DNA of 63,607 nucleotides, filler included, from Stramenopiles sp. TOSAG23-3 (GCA_900128585.1; 7 parts of 7 records of this genome joined end to end with filler, not necessarily neighbours in it), one strand, 5' to 3'. Shown: positions 39,264-51,370, numbered from the whole stretch's first letter. Numbers and translations: made by a program. Notes: a model not told the origin generated them from the letters alone.

Positions 39264-42200
39264 ACGAAGCTTTCTTCTTTTCTTCCTGTCTGCCTCTTTC
39301 GCCGCTTTTGCAGCATCATCGGCCTCTTTTGACTTAATTTTACGCTGTGCTTTCAGTACCCAGCCATTAACACGATTTAACAGTTTCCAGCAATTGCTTG
39401 CATTTCCTTTCAACAATATCGCGTTTATCTTTGAGAGCTTGATCACGCTTTGTTTGTTTAGAAGACAAATCATCTTTTCCAGCCATTTCCGCTTTTGCGA
39501 GAATTTCAGACTGCTTGGCGCGCTCAGATGCAACGGCTTCATCGAGTTTCTTTAATTCGATCTTATGTTGTGCTACAAGCTTTGTACGGTCTTCCGGAGG
39601 CGCCAATTTTTCTTCCTTTTCATATAATGCCGCTTTCCGTGTCTTGTTTCGAGTAATTTCTTGAATGCGCTCTTCGGCCTTTTCCATCGCCTTTTGCCGA
39701 GCTAGATTCATTTTTTCTTGAATCTCTGCGATTTCTTCTTCCATTTGCCGATTCTTCTCGTTTTCAAATTCTTCTAATTCGTCACGAACCTCTCGAGATT
39801 TCGAATTAGCATCAGCAGTCAACTGTCTCCTCGTTTCATCTAATTCCGCCCCTTCTTGTTTGAGCGCAACTCCTTGTAGACGTAGCTCAGACCCATAGAA
39901 CCAATCATCTTCTTCGGTAACGAGTCCAGAAACACGCTTCAACTCCTTTCGGATATTTTCCAATCTCTTTTCTTTTTCTTTGACTAATGAGGCCCGGGCT
40001 CTGATTAACCATAGCTTGCACAAAGCTTTGGTTGCCGCATTCAAGTACCCGACCTCCATCTTTGAGCTCTCATCAAAGTCATCATCATCAGAGATGAGAC
40101 CTTTCGCTTTTGCTTCTTCTCTAGCCTTTTTCAACTTGTAATCTCGCATCTTTTGGGCATAGGCTTCCATTTCCGCCCTAGCATTTGGGCGTGGAAAATT
40201 TCCACCGAGCCTTCTCCGAGCAGCATTTAACCATTTGGACATCGCCTTACCTTCTACAGAAGTTCGCGTAACCACCATTGGCTCGAAAACGGCTTGCTCT
40301 TCATCCGAATCGTCGTCATCTGAGATATCTTGCGCCCGTGTTCCACGACCTTTTCCTGGCCGGCGAGACGGAGCCTTCTTCTTCGCCTGTTCTGCCAAGT
40401 TAATGCATTGCTCGCATCTTGTAATAAACGAAGCATGTTGTCTAAAATACGATTGCCACAAGTTTGGATCAAACTCTCGATCCGGGTATGTCTCTTCATA
40501 GCCTTTGATCAATTTGTCCAAAGCATAATCGTCTGCACGACCATCCATCGCTAAATCACAGCGCATTCTCGCCCCACTTGCAGTGGTTCGGCCACACAAA
40601 GCACAAGTATCGGTAACGGCCCTCTTAATCGTGCCTTGAACCAATTTGTGCAGTTTGCGACGCATTCTAGCTCGCTCTAGCCAGTACCGCAACAAAGCCG
40701 CCGATGGTTTGCTCAATGGAGCTTTTGACCAATGGCGGCGCATGTTTTCCAAGTCGTCATCACCTTCATCCGATGATATGTCCGCTCTATCACCTGGGCG
40801 ACGACGGCCCTCTCCCATGTTCATCAGGTCTGTGTACACGTCACGAATATATTCAATTACCGGCCGTCCATCAGCCCCCGGCATTTGCAGAGTTCTTGGG
40901 GTAAGCAGCTCGACAAGATGTTGAAGTACCCACGGGCGACTGCGATCCAAAAATCGATGCCTAAAGCGTTCTGAATTCATTGCTTGCAGCTCGAGACGTT
41001 CCGCTTCCAAATCCTCTTGCCGGCCTTCGCCAATTGCCAATTTTGCAGCGATTTCATCATCAACTGTACCTTGCAGACTGCGGCGAGACCATAGCCCAGT
41101 CTGGTCTGCACATTTGCGACAGAACCAGTTAATGAACGTACCCAGAGACCACGTCCCTACAATAAGCATTGGCAGAGCTACATCTGCGAAAAAGTTGGTT
41201 TCATTCCTCAAAATAATCGTGATACCAAACATGATTGTGATATTGCCCCAAGCGAGCACCGTCGTCATAAAATAAAATTGCGACGAGAAACACATCATGT
41301 CGATTGCTTGAAGAGGTTCTGCAATAGACTCATCCAGGGTATCCCATGCTGCCATCTGCCATCGCTGTTCTCGCACTTGAAAGCGGTAATTTTGGTAAGC
41401 GACGTAATCGTAAACCTTCCAACCATGTATCAATTCCTGCGCCATTAGCAGAAACATATCGCATGCAAGGGAAAATGGAATATTGACAAACGCAAAAAGA
41501 AGGTAAAAGAGAAGATCTTTCGACTTAATACCATATAGAGATGGTATTTCAGTATACTGACCGAAGACGATTAAATGTAAATTTACCAGCGGAGTCAAGA
41601 AAGCAGCCGAAGTTTCGTTTGCATATACCCCATAGCTGTCAAGCAAGGGTTCAATCCCTTCACTTTCCAACGCAATTTCTTCGTTAATACGCTTCCATTC
41701 CGCTTCTTCGCGGGCGCGCTGTTCACGCGTCATGTGTCTTTTCTTTGCAAAACGACGCTTGAACATCATTTGCCATTTTGGCATAAGTTTTGCAGCGTAT
41801 TTCATGCCAGGATCCATATACAGGCGCTCCAAAATCATAACAAGCAGTTCAATACCATAGCATTGGATAAAATCTACGAGCGAGTCGGAACCCATTGTAA
41901 TCATAATTTCTGTTATTTCAATCGTTACAAGGATCGGTGCAATCAACAGATTTTCTCTCAAATAAGATGCTAACGCTTGATCTAACATCATTTGGACAAA
42001 TTTCAGTGCAATAATTACTTGGTTCACATTTTTGGAAAACGATTCGGAGTACGAGAACTCCCAGATAAAGAGACAGCCGCCACATGTAATATAACAAGAC
42101 AGCAGCATGTGTGTTCTTTTCCATAATAAGGGGGTCCAAAATTCAGAAGGCGGCAACATCTCTTCATCATCGTCGTCCATGAGGGCTTCCGCGTCGCCTC

Positions 42201-43355
42201 CTACTTCGGCCATTGTGTCATCATCGGCATGGTCATCGGCGCTTTCAGGAACAAACATTTTGCAGCCCATCATTGTTAAGTACATTCCCATGAACAGAAA
42301 CGATGTTCCAATGCGACCAACGCGATAAGTGTCGATACGATCAAGGTCGAGGATTGCCTGGTCTTGCCAGTCACCGGCGTGGCCTTCAAAATTTACCGCG
42401 GTCGGTTTTTCGACAGGCTGTTCACTTGCCAAGCTTACAAGCCAAAAGTAGATCAGGCCGTATCCCATCCAAACAGGCACACTGCCGAGGAACACCCCGA
42501 TCGCAGGCGGTGGGGCAACCAAAGCAAACATAGCTCTGAAACGGAACGGAGGAGGGTGTTTCATTCGTGTCAACAAGCGATGCAGCCCCCAGAAAAGTAT
42601 TCCCGCGAGAACAGTACACACTCCTACCAGCAAAAACACAATGAGGTAGATTTCCCATTCAAATTCAAAGGAGTTCAGCAAGTCAAACCATACCATTGGG
42701 AAATAATGAACTTCGATAACATAGTCGTAGGCTGTACGACCGTCTCGCCCAGATCCATCTGAATCAAGCTTATTGATACACGAATAGACAGGAGGACTTC
42801 GTGCCATCATTAACTGTTTTTCAGCTTTAACTTCTGAGACCGTGCAAAAATGAAATAGACTTAGCTTGGCAGAAACAAGACTTTTTGTGTGTATTGGGAA
42901 GTCAGAGTCAATCTCATCACCCGCCCTATCCACATTACAATTATCTAACGGGTCTGCACTAAGACAACTTTTTTGATAATAGGGAATGACGATTCTCACC
43001 GTTCTTGGAATTAAGGTCAACATACCAGGAGTATCTCCATCGACTTCTACGTTGATCAGCTCATCTCCAGCACTGTCCAGTAGGCCCGCAATAAATTCAT
43101 TTTGACCCCATCGCTGGTTCTCAGAGTCCGGATCCTCTGGATTTTCAGCAGGCACTTCAACAAAATTTGCATTACTCACAGGATATTTTGTTAAGTAGAA
43201 TAAGTTTTTCGATGATGGGGATTCAAACCATCGCAAATTCGCAGCAGGTACGTACGAATTTTCTTCATACATACATGAAAGCTTTATCCCGCTATTTTCT
43301 GCATGCCCTTCCATATTGTTCCGAGTAGAATACACTTCATATGGATCCAAATCGT
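39258..43355 (-). CDS. Large multipass membrane protein with a C-terminal coiled coil; 5'-partial, with an apparent frameshift near 39370-39390
   Basis: 1327-aa ORF 39367-43350 with many hydrophobic segments, acidic loops and a charged C-terminus; a coding-like tail continues in another frame to TGA at 39258. Confidence 0.8.
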
Positions 43356-43455
43356 NNNNNNNNNNNNNNNNNNNNNNNNNNNNNNNNNNNNNNNNNNNNT
43401 TAATTAATTAANNNNNNNNNNNNNNNNNNNNNNNNNNNNNNNNNNNNNNNNNNNN
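43356..43455. other. Artificial scaffold spacer
   Basis: 44 N + TTAATTAATTAA + 44 N. Confidence 0.97.
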
Positions 43456-44064
43456 AAGCCTGCAAAAGGCACAGAAGGCAAACTGCCACTACGACTTTCT
43501 TCATGGAGAACATAATTATAGAAGTATGACGGACGATTTGATATTTTCTACACGTCCTCCAATTTCGTACCGAAGAAAACGCAAATGCGGACATTTTCAA
43601 CACCGATACCAACGATAAGAAAACCTATCCAAACGGACATGCACACCATTCCCTTTCAACGTTTGCTCTAAATGGTTTACTTTGCTTCTGCTTTTCTTTC
43701 TTCTTTCTTCCTTTTTCTATGGCATATTTCAAATGATCTATTTTACTGAATACTATCTTATTCGGGTATGTTATAAAACATTATTAATTAAAAAGAATTA
43801 ATTATGTAATATACATCTTATTCATTCCATCGGTTCGAGCGATTGTTTTAAATTGATATCCTGTCGTATTCCTATGTTAGTTAGTATCTCATTATGTACC
43901 TGTTCTTGGAATACTATAAAAGTACATCAATAATGTATTCTTTGTGTTTAATGCCTATCAAGAATAGGAACACGTGCTTGATAGTATGTCGATGTTATTT
44001 CATAAGAGTTGTTATTAGGCCATCTTCCCCCTCTTTTTCATTTATTTCCTAAAGCCTTCAATCG

Positions 44065-44170
44065 CCTTCATTCCTTCTCTTCTCTTCTTCTTTTCTCTTC
44101 TTCTTTTCTCTTCTTCTTTTCTTCTCTTCTTTTCTCTTCTTTTCACTTCTTTTCTCTTCTTTTCACTTCT
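44065..44170 (+). repeat. CT-rich (TTCTC/TTC) polypyrimidine tract
   Basis: Imperfect tandem units. Confidence 0.85.
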
Positions 44171-45099
44171 CTCGGACGTTTGTTTCTCTCCTCTCTTTAT
44201 GTTATAAATAATTAAGGTATATATATAAATAATACAATAATAAAAAATAAAAAAGAATATGTATAATATAAAGGTATAACTCCTCTATATAAAATAAATA
44301 AATATTCAAATCCTTATTATTTAATATAAATAGAAAGTATCAGAAATGTCAATATCAATGTTGGTACCTCATAAAACAACCAACACACAACCAAAACAAG
44401 TCAAGTACAGTATAATTTAATCACAATCTATTTATTTTAATTAAATACACCAGGTAGTAAGTAAATAAAGCCAAAAGCTTGAATAGTATTAGTACTAATC
44501 CAACCGTATCTACAGCTTTTAATTATTTATTAATTTACCCTTCTGCTCTTTGATCCTCTTTTGGTTTATTCATACTCTCTCTGCTCCTGCTGTATAAGTT
44601 GAAAGAATAAAGAAAGAAGATCAATTAAAACTCTGCGTATCATAATGTACATCAACCAACTGTGTTGATATAAATATAAAATGGAGTGGGGGTGTGTGTG
44701 GTGGGGTATTTATTATTTTTATAATAATCTTTACGAAGAAGAAAAGAAGAAGAAGTACAGTAGTAAGATAGAGAATATTTTATTATTATCAAAATATTAT
44801 TATTTATAATTCTTCTTCTTCTCGCTCTCTAAATTATATTACTTATACATGTACATTTGTTTTTAATTTTGTTTTATTTTGTTTGTTGTTTGAACGAGGA
44901 AGTGTGATTGAATCCAATCATCTAACTAACCAATATATATACGACATTTAATTGAATTGCTGTTTCCTAATTTTTCTTCTTTTCCCGGTACGCACTCATT
45001 GTTATCTATCTATATCTATAGAAAACTTAACCGAGACGAAACATTGCGTGTGTAAAAAGAAGCGACTCGTCAAGTGGCTCTTGTCTGGTGTAAATAAAT

Positions 45100-45426
45100 A
45101 TGAACGAGGGCAATGCTGTGGACGAACGCCAACGCAGCGAAGATACTGCCAACCTTAATATACTCATAGATGATTTGGTTACAGCGGACGGGTTCGCTTC
45201 TGTGAAGAACCCTTTTGGGACGGTTGCCCCCTCCAGAGCTGAGATTGAAAAAGAGCTTGACATTTTGGACGAAAACGACAAGACGTTGAAGTGGGAAGAG
45301 CTCCAGAAACGGAAAATGAAGAACGACGAAAAAATTGCCGGTATGGTGACAAATGTGCACCAGCTTTTGAACGAATACGGACTGGATGGAAAGCCAACAA
45401 AAGCCAGGAAGCCCCGAGATAATTGA
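45100..45426 (+). CDS. Small hypothetical protein (108 aa)
   Basis: ATG-initiated ORF with coding-like composition, directly after an AT-rich spacer; no family recognised. Confidence 0.5.
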   Translation: MNEGNAVDERQRSEDTANLNILIDDLVTADGFASVKNPFGTVAPSRAEIEKELDILDENDKTLKWEELQKRKMKNDEKIAGMVTNVHQLLNEYGLDGKPTKARKPRDN

Positions 45427-45705
45427 CGGTGAGCGTCGAAGGACAGGAGATTGGCGGGACGAAGCTGGCGGCGACGGAGAGGACAACACCTCTAACTCCT
45501 TATTTTTAGAGGCCAGTCCTGAGGTTTCGTGTAATTCACAACCCCTGGCTTTCGTAACGCGTCGGTTAGCCCCGGTTTGTGTGAAGATGTGTGTGTGGTG
45601 TACTCGTACATATTTTGAAGACAATTATTTTACTCCTCTCTTAACGCGCGCATCCATTGCTTTCTTTATAAGACTTCTCACCCGCGTTTTTGCAAACCTC
45701 ACTTC

Positions 45706-48233
45706 TCAGAATTTAACACCACTCAGGGTGTCTTGGCTTCTGGTGTGTATGGCGTATTTGGACGGAGTACGACGCTTCTTTGCGGATGGCTTCTTCCCCG
45801 CCTTCAGCGGGTTTGGCAGTGTCCACATATCGTACTGATCACCCCCACTAGTGCCCAAATCGGGGGCGGACATGGCATTTGACAGAGATTTGAGGGAAGT
45901 ACGTTCGTAATACGCAGAGGTTTCTTTCAATGGCGTGGCCTTCATGGAAAGTTTGTGAGCAGTCACCGAATACCGACGGCCACCCACGGCATTATGCGGG
46001 ACATCTTTCGGCTGGGAACGAAGCCTTTTCTTCCGCAACGTTTTCTCTCGACTCTTTTCCACGACGTCTTTCTGGACTCTTTCGACTCTGTCGCGGTACT
46101 TCAAGGGGAAAATCTCCTTCTTACACAGCTCTTTTGCTAACTTTAGGTGATCGTAATTTTTCAACTGCCTTGCCAACAGAACATCGTCGTCGTAGGAGTT
46201 CGACCAGCGCTTGAACTGGGCTTTTGCGTCTGGCAGGAGACGGTTGAATATGTCGTACCTCGTCAGGCTGTGCACTATGATCGGCGACGTGCTCACCACA
46301 GTCGCATTGTAAATGGCATGCGTACCATATACATCCCCAGAAGCCGCCTTGAGGCCGAAAAAGTCCCCCGGGCCGAGCCGCCCCAAAGGGACGCTCTTGT
46401 ACGGAACGTCAGAGCCGCGAGAACCGTCGACGCGCACGTTTTTGAATACGTTTGCTTCCCCCCGCTCGATCATGAAGCAGCAGCTTGCTCTACCGCCTTG
46501 CTTGCAGAGGACAGTGTCAAGCGTGTGGGCAGATCTTTCCATCGGGTAGCATACCGACTGGAGCAGTTTGGTGTCCCACGGCAGTGACCGGAACACCGTC
46601 GATTTCTGAACCAGCCCAACACGCTGCCGAAGGTGGGACTCCTGGTACTTGGACAAATTCTGAAGGTACAGGTCTTTATGAAGCACGAGGAACTCGCTGA
46701 TTTCTCTGGCAACAACCGTCGCTGTCCGTCGCCCATCGTTGGAATCAGACGACAGGGCACTGCAGGGAGTAGTTGGAACGTTAGGAAAAAACGTGTTAGA
46801 AAATACAGAGGGCATATATGGTATAGGCAACGACTTACAGTTCTCCGAAACTTTGCCCTTGGTTCAAGATGCACAGCGAGGTTGACGTCAGGCCGTGCTT
46901 TTTTCTCACAAGCACTGACCCGCTAAGGACAAAATAAAAATAGTCTCCGACATCGCCCTCTTCAAAGAGGATTTCCTTTTTCCAATACGTGGTCAAGCTC
47001 AGGTGCTTCACCACCTCCCGTTTTGCATTGGGCGTCATGGCCACATCGTCTTCAAGGTTATCAAATTTCTCCCAAAAATGTAGTTTGCTCAAATACTCCG
47101 TAACAAACTCTAAGTCATCCACTTTCCGATCTTCTGGCAACTTCCCCATGGTCAACCGAACCCTCTCCTTTTGATTCGAAATCGACTTTACCACGGAGAG
47201 GGCGCTCATCTTCCCCTGTATTTTCTCCTTCTTTATCTTGGCTTTCCCCAACGCTTTTTTGAACAAGCCCTTCACCGCACCTCGTTTCGCTGCTTTTTGG
47301 GCTACGCTGTTGCCGGGTCCCATCAACAGAGACCGTCTTCTCCTGCTCAACACTTCCTTTTGAAGCTTGTCGTTTGCCTTGACGCGGGATCGCATGACAA
47401 TTTCGTCGTATTTGTGGCTGGGAACGCACGCAAAGTCACAGTTGCCCTCCGCCACAGCGTACGCGCATACTTCAAAATAATGTACAGATCCTGTAGAAGC
47501 GAGGTGAACGCGCGTTAGAAGTTAGTGTGCAACGGGAGAAACTGGAGGCGAAAAAATGTTGTTACTTACTGGCATTGCGCGAAAAAATGTCGCCGGGCAC
47601 CAGCGTGCCAATGGATAGGGCCTGGTAAGAATGGCGTGCAACCATTTCGTCGAGAGTTTCGGACTCTCCCGTTGCCGCACTTCCATGGTTATGCATGGAC
47701 GAATGTCCATTGATCCACAAACGAATTTTTCCCGTGAAAAGAACGAAGAACTCCTTACCGAGTGCGCCGCGGTCGTAAATGATTTCCCCCTGACTCGCTT
47801 TTCGTAGTTTCAACTCACTCGCCAGCAGCGACGCCATGTGAATGTCGTGGCTATGGCGTTTTAAACTTGGGAATGCCGCGAACAGCACCTCTATGTCCTC
47901 TTCCGTTCGTTCAGAAGGCTCTTTCTGCCGCACAATATTTAGCGCTTTGGTAAGGAGCAGATTCTTCCTCTCCTTTTCGGTCGCCGCAGCGTACCTCTTC
48001 CTTGCCCGATCATTGTCTATTAGCTCCAAGAGTTTTCCCCAGTTCCCCCCAATTCGTCTGTAGCTTCGCTTGGTCCTCACCATGGCCAACACGGACTCTA
48101 TCGCAAAACGCCAGTAAAACTTACTTATGTTCGTTTTCTTCATCTGACTCTCGTAGTTTTCGAATGCTTTGTCCGTTGCCAATGCATTTTCTTTCCCTTG
48201 TAAGTGAGCTCCAAGCAGCGATAGGGAAGGCAT
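45706..48233 (-). CDS. Protein with three cyclic-nucleotide-binding domains; exons 48233-47570, 47490-46839, 46759-45706 (~789 aa)
   Basis: Two GT-AG introns join three ORFs in frame and restore FGEL|ALSSDSNDGRRTATV (canonical phosphate-binding cassette); CNB strands GEIIYDRG...FFVLFTG, LFEEGDVGDYFYFVLSGSV, LCKQG...FMIERGEA. Confidence 0.85.
46760..46838 (-). other. Spliceosomal intron, 79 nt
   Basis: GTAAGT donor, two CTAAC branch-like motifs, TGCAG acceptor; removal gives in-frame FGELAL. Confidence 0.88.
47491..47569 (-). other. Spliceosomal intron, 79 nt
   Basis: GTAAGT donor, CACTAAC/TCTAAC branch motifs, TACAG acceptor; removal keeps the frame (NA|RSVHYFEVCAYAVAEGN). Confidence 0.85.
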
Positions 48234-49198
48234 CCGAAGCTATCTGTGTTGCCGCCCACAGTCGTTTGAACAAAACCAATCCACAACCGTCCGTATACGT
48301 TCACTGTTTTATCTTGAACAACAAAATCGAGAAAGAGCAAATTTGAGAAGGCACGTGAATATTCGCCTACTTTCCGCTGCCATTCATTTAAAGAAAAACA
48401 ATTATCGAATCACTCATTACATTTTGAGAATAACGTTTTGCCGCTCTTAATAATTTAAATAAATATATGGCCAACAACTACGTGTTGTATTATATATAAG
48501 AACTACCGGTAACCCCCCCCCCCCCCCCCCCCCCNNNTAATCCTTGGAGCAACTTGGCAAGCGCCGCGGTGTTCATCGCACCCCCCCCATCCCCCATCAT
48601 CAACATCGAAACAACCACAAACAATAATATGGGTCTTCTTCTGTCTTCTGTCAACCCCAACGGCCATTTAAAATATAAAATATAAAATAATAAAAAATAA
48701 AAATTTAAAAAAAACATATTATTATATATTTGTATCATCCTCCATCACATATATTATTATTATTATTATTCTACGATTATTACGTTACGTTACGTTACAC
48801 ACACCATCATCATCAATGAAATTAAAAATAAAAAAAATGTAAAAAACAATTTTAATTATTTATATATTCTTTAAAATATAATAATATGCGAATAATATAG
48901 AGTATAACTTATTATAATAATATGATAAAAAATAAACGAAGGAATAATTTTTGTTCGTTGGTTTGTTGTTTGGTGTAAGTATAATTAAAATTCTCTTTCT
49001 CTAACTAATATATATATATAGTTACCTAATAAAATATGTAATTAATAATAACGAGTACACTGTCTGCTTAAAATGCGTGAGTGAGATCGTACGAAACGAC
49101 CAACGTTTTTTTTAAATGGTTCATCTAAAGTAGTTAAGAAGGATTGGGCAGTTAGATTTTGAAGAACGAACAGGGAGGTAGGCTCCTATCGATCATCG

Positions 49199-50894
49199 AT
49201 GGAAGACATAATCCACCCAGGCGGTAAAAATATAAAGGAGCTGCACCGTGACGACGCGTTCTTGGTTCAACAGATTAACTCGAAACATGGTGGCATAGCT
49301 TTGGATTCCCTGCTTGTTAACCCGGAGAAGAAAATTGCTGTTAGGAGGAACTCGAAATCTCCGCAGACGTTCGAGGCCAAATTAGAATTTTACCGCGATT
49401 TTCTGAAAGCCAAGAAGATATCGGTGAAATCAAGGGGGCAGGTTCTTTACCAGTACTACACGCAGGAGTACATACGCCCCGCTGCCCACAGCGAGGAATT
49501 TAGCCAATTTGTCACCTTTATCATCATAGTCGCAAGCATACTCGTTGGGGTCCAAACGTACGACCTTTCGGAAGGCTTTACGTTGTTTCTCAACGTCGTC
49601 GATGCCATTATTTTGGCCATATTTACGTTCGAAGTCGTATTCAAAATAGCTGCAGAAGGGTGTTCTCCGCTAAAGTACTTTGGAGACTCGTGGCAAGTTT
49701 TCGATTTCGTAGTTGTCGTATTTTGCTACATCCCAGAAGTCCAGGCCCATGCGACCATGTTGCGCCTGCTTAGGCTGTTGCGGGTGTTGAAAGTTTTGAA
49801 AGCATTTCCCGAGCTGAATGTTATTGTCAAATCCATTACCAGCAGTCTGCCCTCGTTGGGGTACATTTCGCTGTTAATCATGTTGCTGTTCTACTTGTTC
49901 GGCATTATAGCCGTTTTGTGGTTTGGTGCCAATGATCCCCACCACTTTGGATCGCTTCACGTTGCCATCTTATCGTTGTGGCGGTCGGCAACGGGGGAGG
50001 ACTGGACGGAGTTGATGTACACAGCCATGTACGGGTGCGATGCAGTAGAGGCCCAAGGAGGCTACTATGGGGATGGGATAGCCGGTTCAAAGTGCACGGA
50101 TAACCGATCGAGTTATGCAATTGTAAGTACCCTCGAATTTTCTTTCTGAGTTCGCCGTATTCGAGCTGCCACTAACCACCTTTTGCAACCGATGAACCCT
50201 ACAGGGAATTCTTTACCACGTGTTTTTTGTGACGTTTGGAGGAATGATTTTACTCAACTTGGCCGTCGGTGTAGTGATAGGATCTTTGTTTGAAGCAAAG
50301 GCCCAGGGAGACGGCGATTACATAGTTGTGGAAATAGACCGCGCCGAAAACTTGGTGATTGCCGACTATGACGTAAGCGGGGTTTCATCCAGTGACCCGT
50401 ACGTCAAGGCAACGGTAGGGGACGTCACATATTCGACAAAGGTTGTGCACAACAACATCAACCCGCTGTGGAAGGAAACGCTTCCAAAGATCACGTACAA
50501 CGAGAAAGTGAGCACGATATTAAAGCTGGAAGTATTTGACTGGGACTTGTTCGGGGCGGACGATTTGTTAGGCTCCTTTGAGCTGGATTTCTCTTCGCTT
50601 CGCTGGAACAAACCAGTCCGGTTTAAGCTTGAGTTGAACGATACGGACGGAAAGGAGTCATTTTTGTACCTGAAAATACGGAAAACACCTGGGGCAAACC
50701 ATTTGTTACTTGAGAACGAAAAGGATCGGTGGGATAAAATACAGGACAAGTTTTTCATCGCCAAACGATTGATAAAAGACATCGAAGACCTGCTGAGGAA
50801 AAGGCGAGAGCAAAAGCTCGAGGAAAAGAAACGGAAACGGTCTGCGATGAAGAAATGGGCCACGCTAAATATGGCCCGGCGTTTCAAACCATAG
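49199..50894 (+). CDS. Single-domain (1x6TM) voltage-gated cation channel (BacNav/EukCat-type fold) with a C-terminal C2 domain; exons 49199-50122 and 50205-50894 (~537 aa)
   Basis: S2 IFTFEVVFKI; S3 YFGDSWQVFDFVVV; S4 LRLLRLLRVLKVLK; pore HFGSL...ATGEDWTELMY; S6 FFVTFGGMILLNLAVGVVI after splicing; C2 VEIDRAENLVIAD...SDPYV...NPLWKE...VFDWDLFGADDLLG. Confidence 0.9.
50123..50204 (+). other. Spliceosomal intron, 82 nt
   Basis: GTAAGT donor, CACTAAC branch motif, TACAG acceptor; phase 0, joins YAI to GILYHVFF. Confidence 0.88.
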
Positions 50895-51028
50895 CTCGCA
50901 ATTCACAACCGTTGTTAGCGGGGAAAACCCAGCGTTTCGTGTTTGATAAATGTACATTTTTACAGTACACTTAATAATACAAAGCAACACTTTAACTATA
51001 TACAAAAGTTCCCCAGCACAGCTAACAG

Positions 51029-51370
51029 TTACTGCGACATTTCCTGCCCTTGTCCCTGCTCCGCCTGTAGCTGGAGTTGTAGCGCTCGGTTTAGCTTTAA
51101 ATCTGCAATAAGGGACAGCACCGACTCGGCAGCGGTGGTAGTGGAGGCTGCAGTAACTTGCAATTTCAAGCTATCGGCTAACACACGTTCGCTACCTCCA
51201 ACATGCATTAAATTGACCATGGACGTGTAAGAAGCATTCAATTGATCCATAGCGGTTTTTAGGTCCTGTTCAAACGCTTGCCGAGTAGCTTCGATCCGGT
51301 TCGTCCTCGCTTCTTCACGTTTCTGTTCTCGCTCTTCCGTCTCCTTTTCCCCTAATAAACGTGCAGCCAT
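51029..51370 (-). CDS. MED22: Mediator complex subunit 22-like protein
   Basis: ~113-aa helical protein with a Med22-like C-terminal pattern LQVTAASTTTAAESVLSLIADLK; ATG at 51370. Confidence 0.65.
   Translation of the reverse strand: MAARLLGEKETEEREQKREEARTNRIEATRQAFEQDLKTAMDQLNASYTSMVNLMHVGGSERVLADSLKLQVTAASTTTAAESVLSLIADLKLNRALQLQLQAEQGQGQEMSQ

Noticed and set aside
48513-48537. 22-nt poly-C tract (G-quadruplex candidate)
   Set aside because: It abuts NNN, so its length and context are unreliable and may be a sequencing artefact
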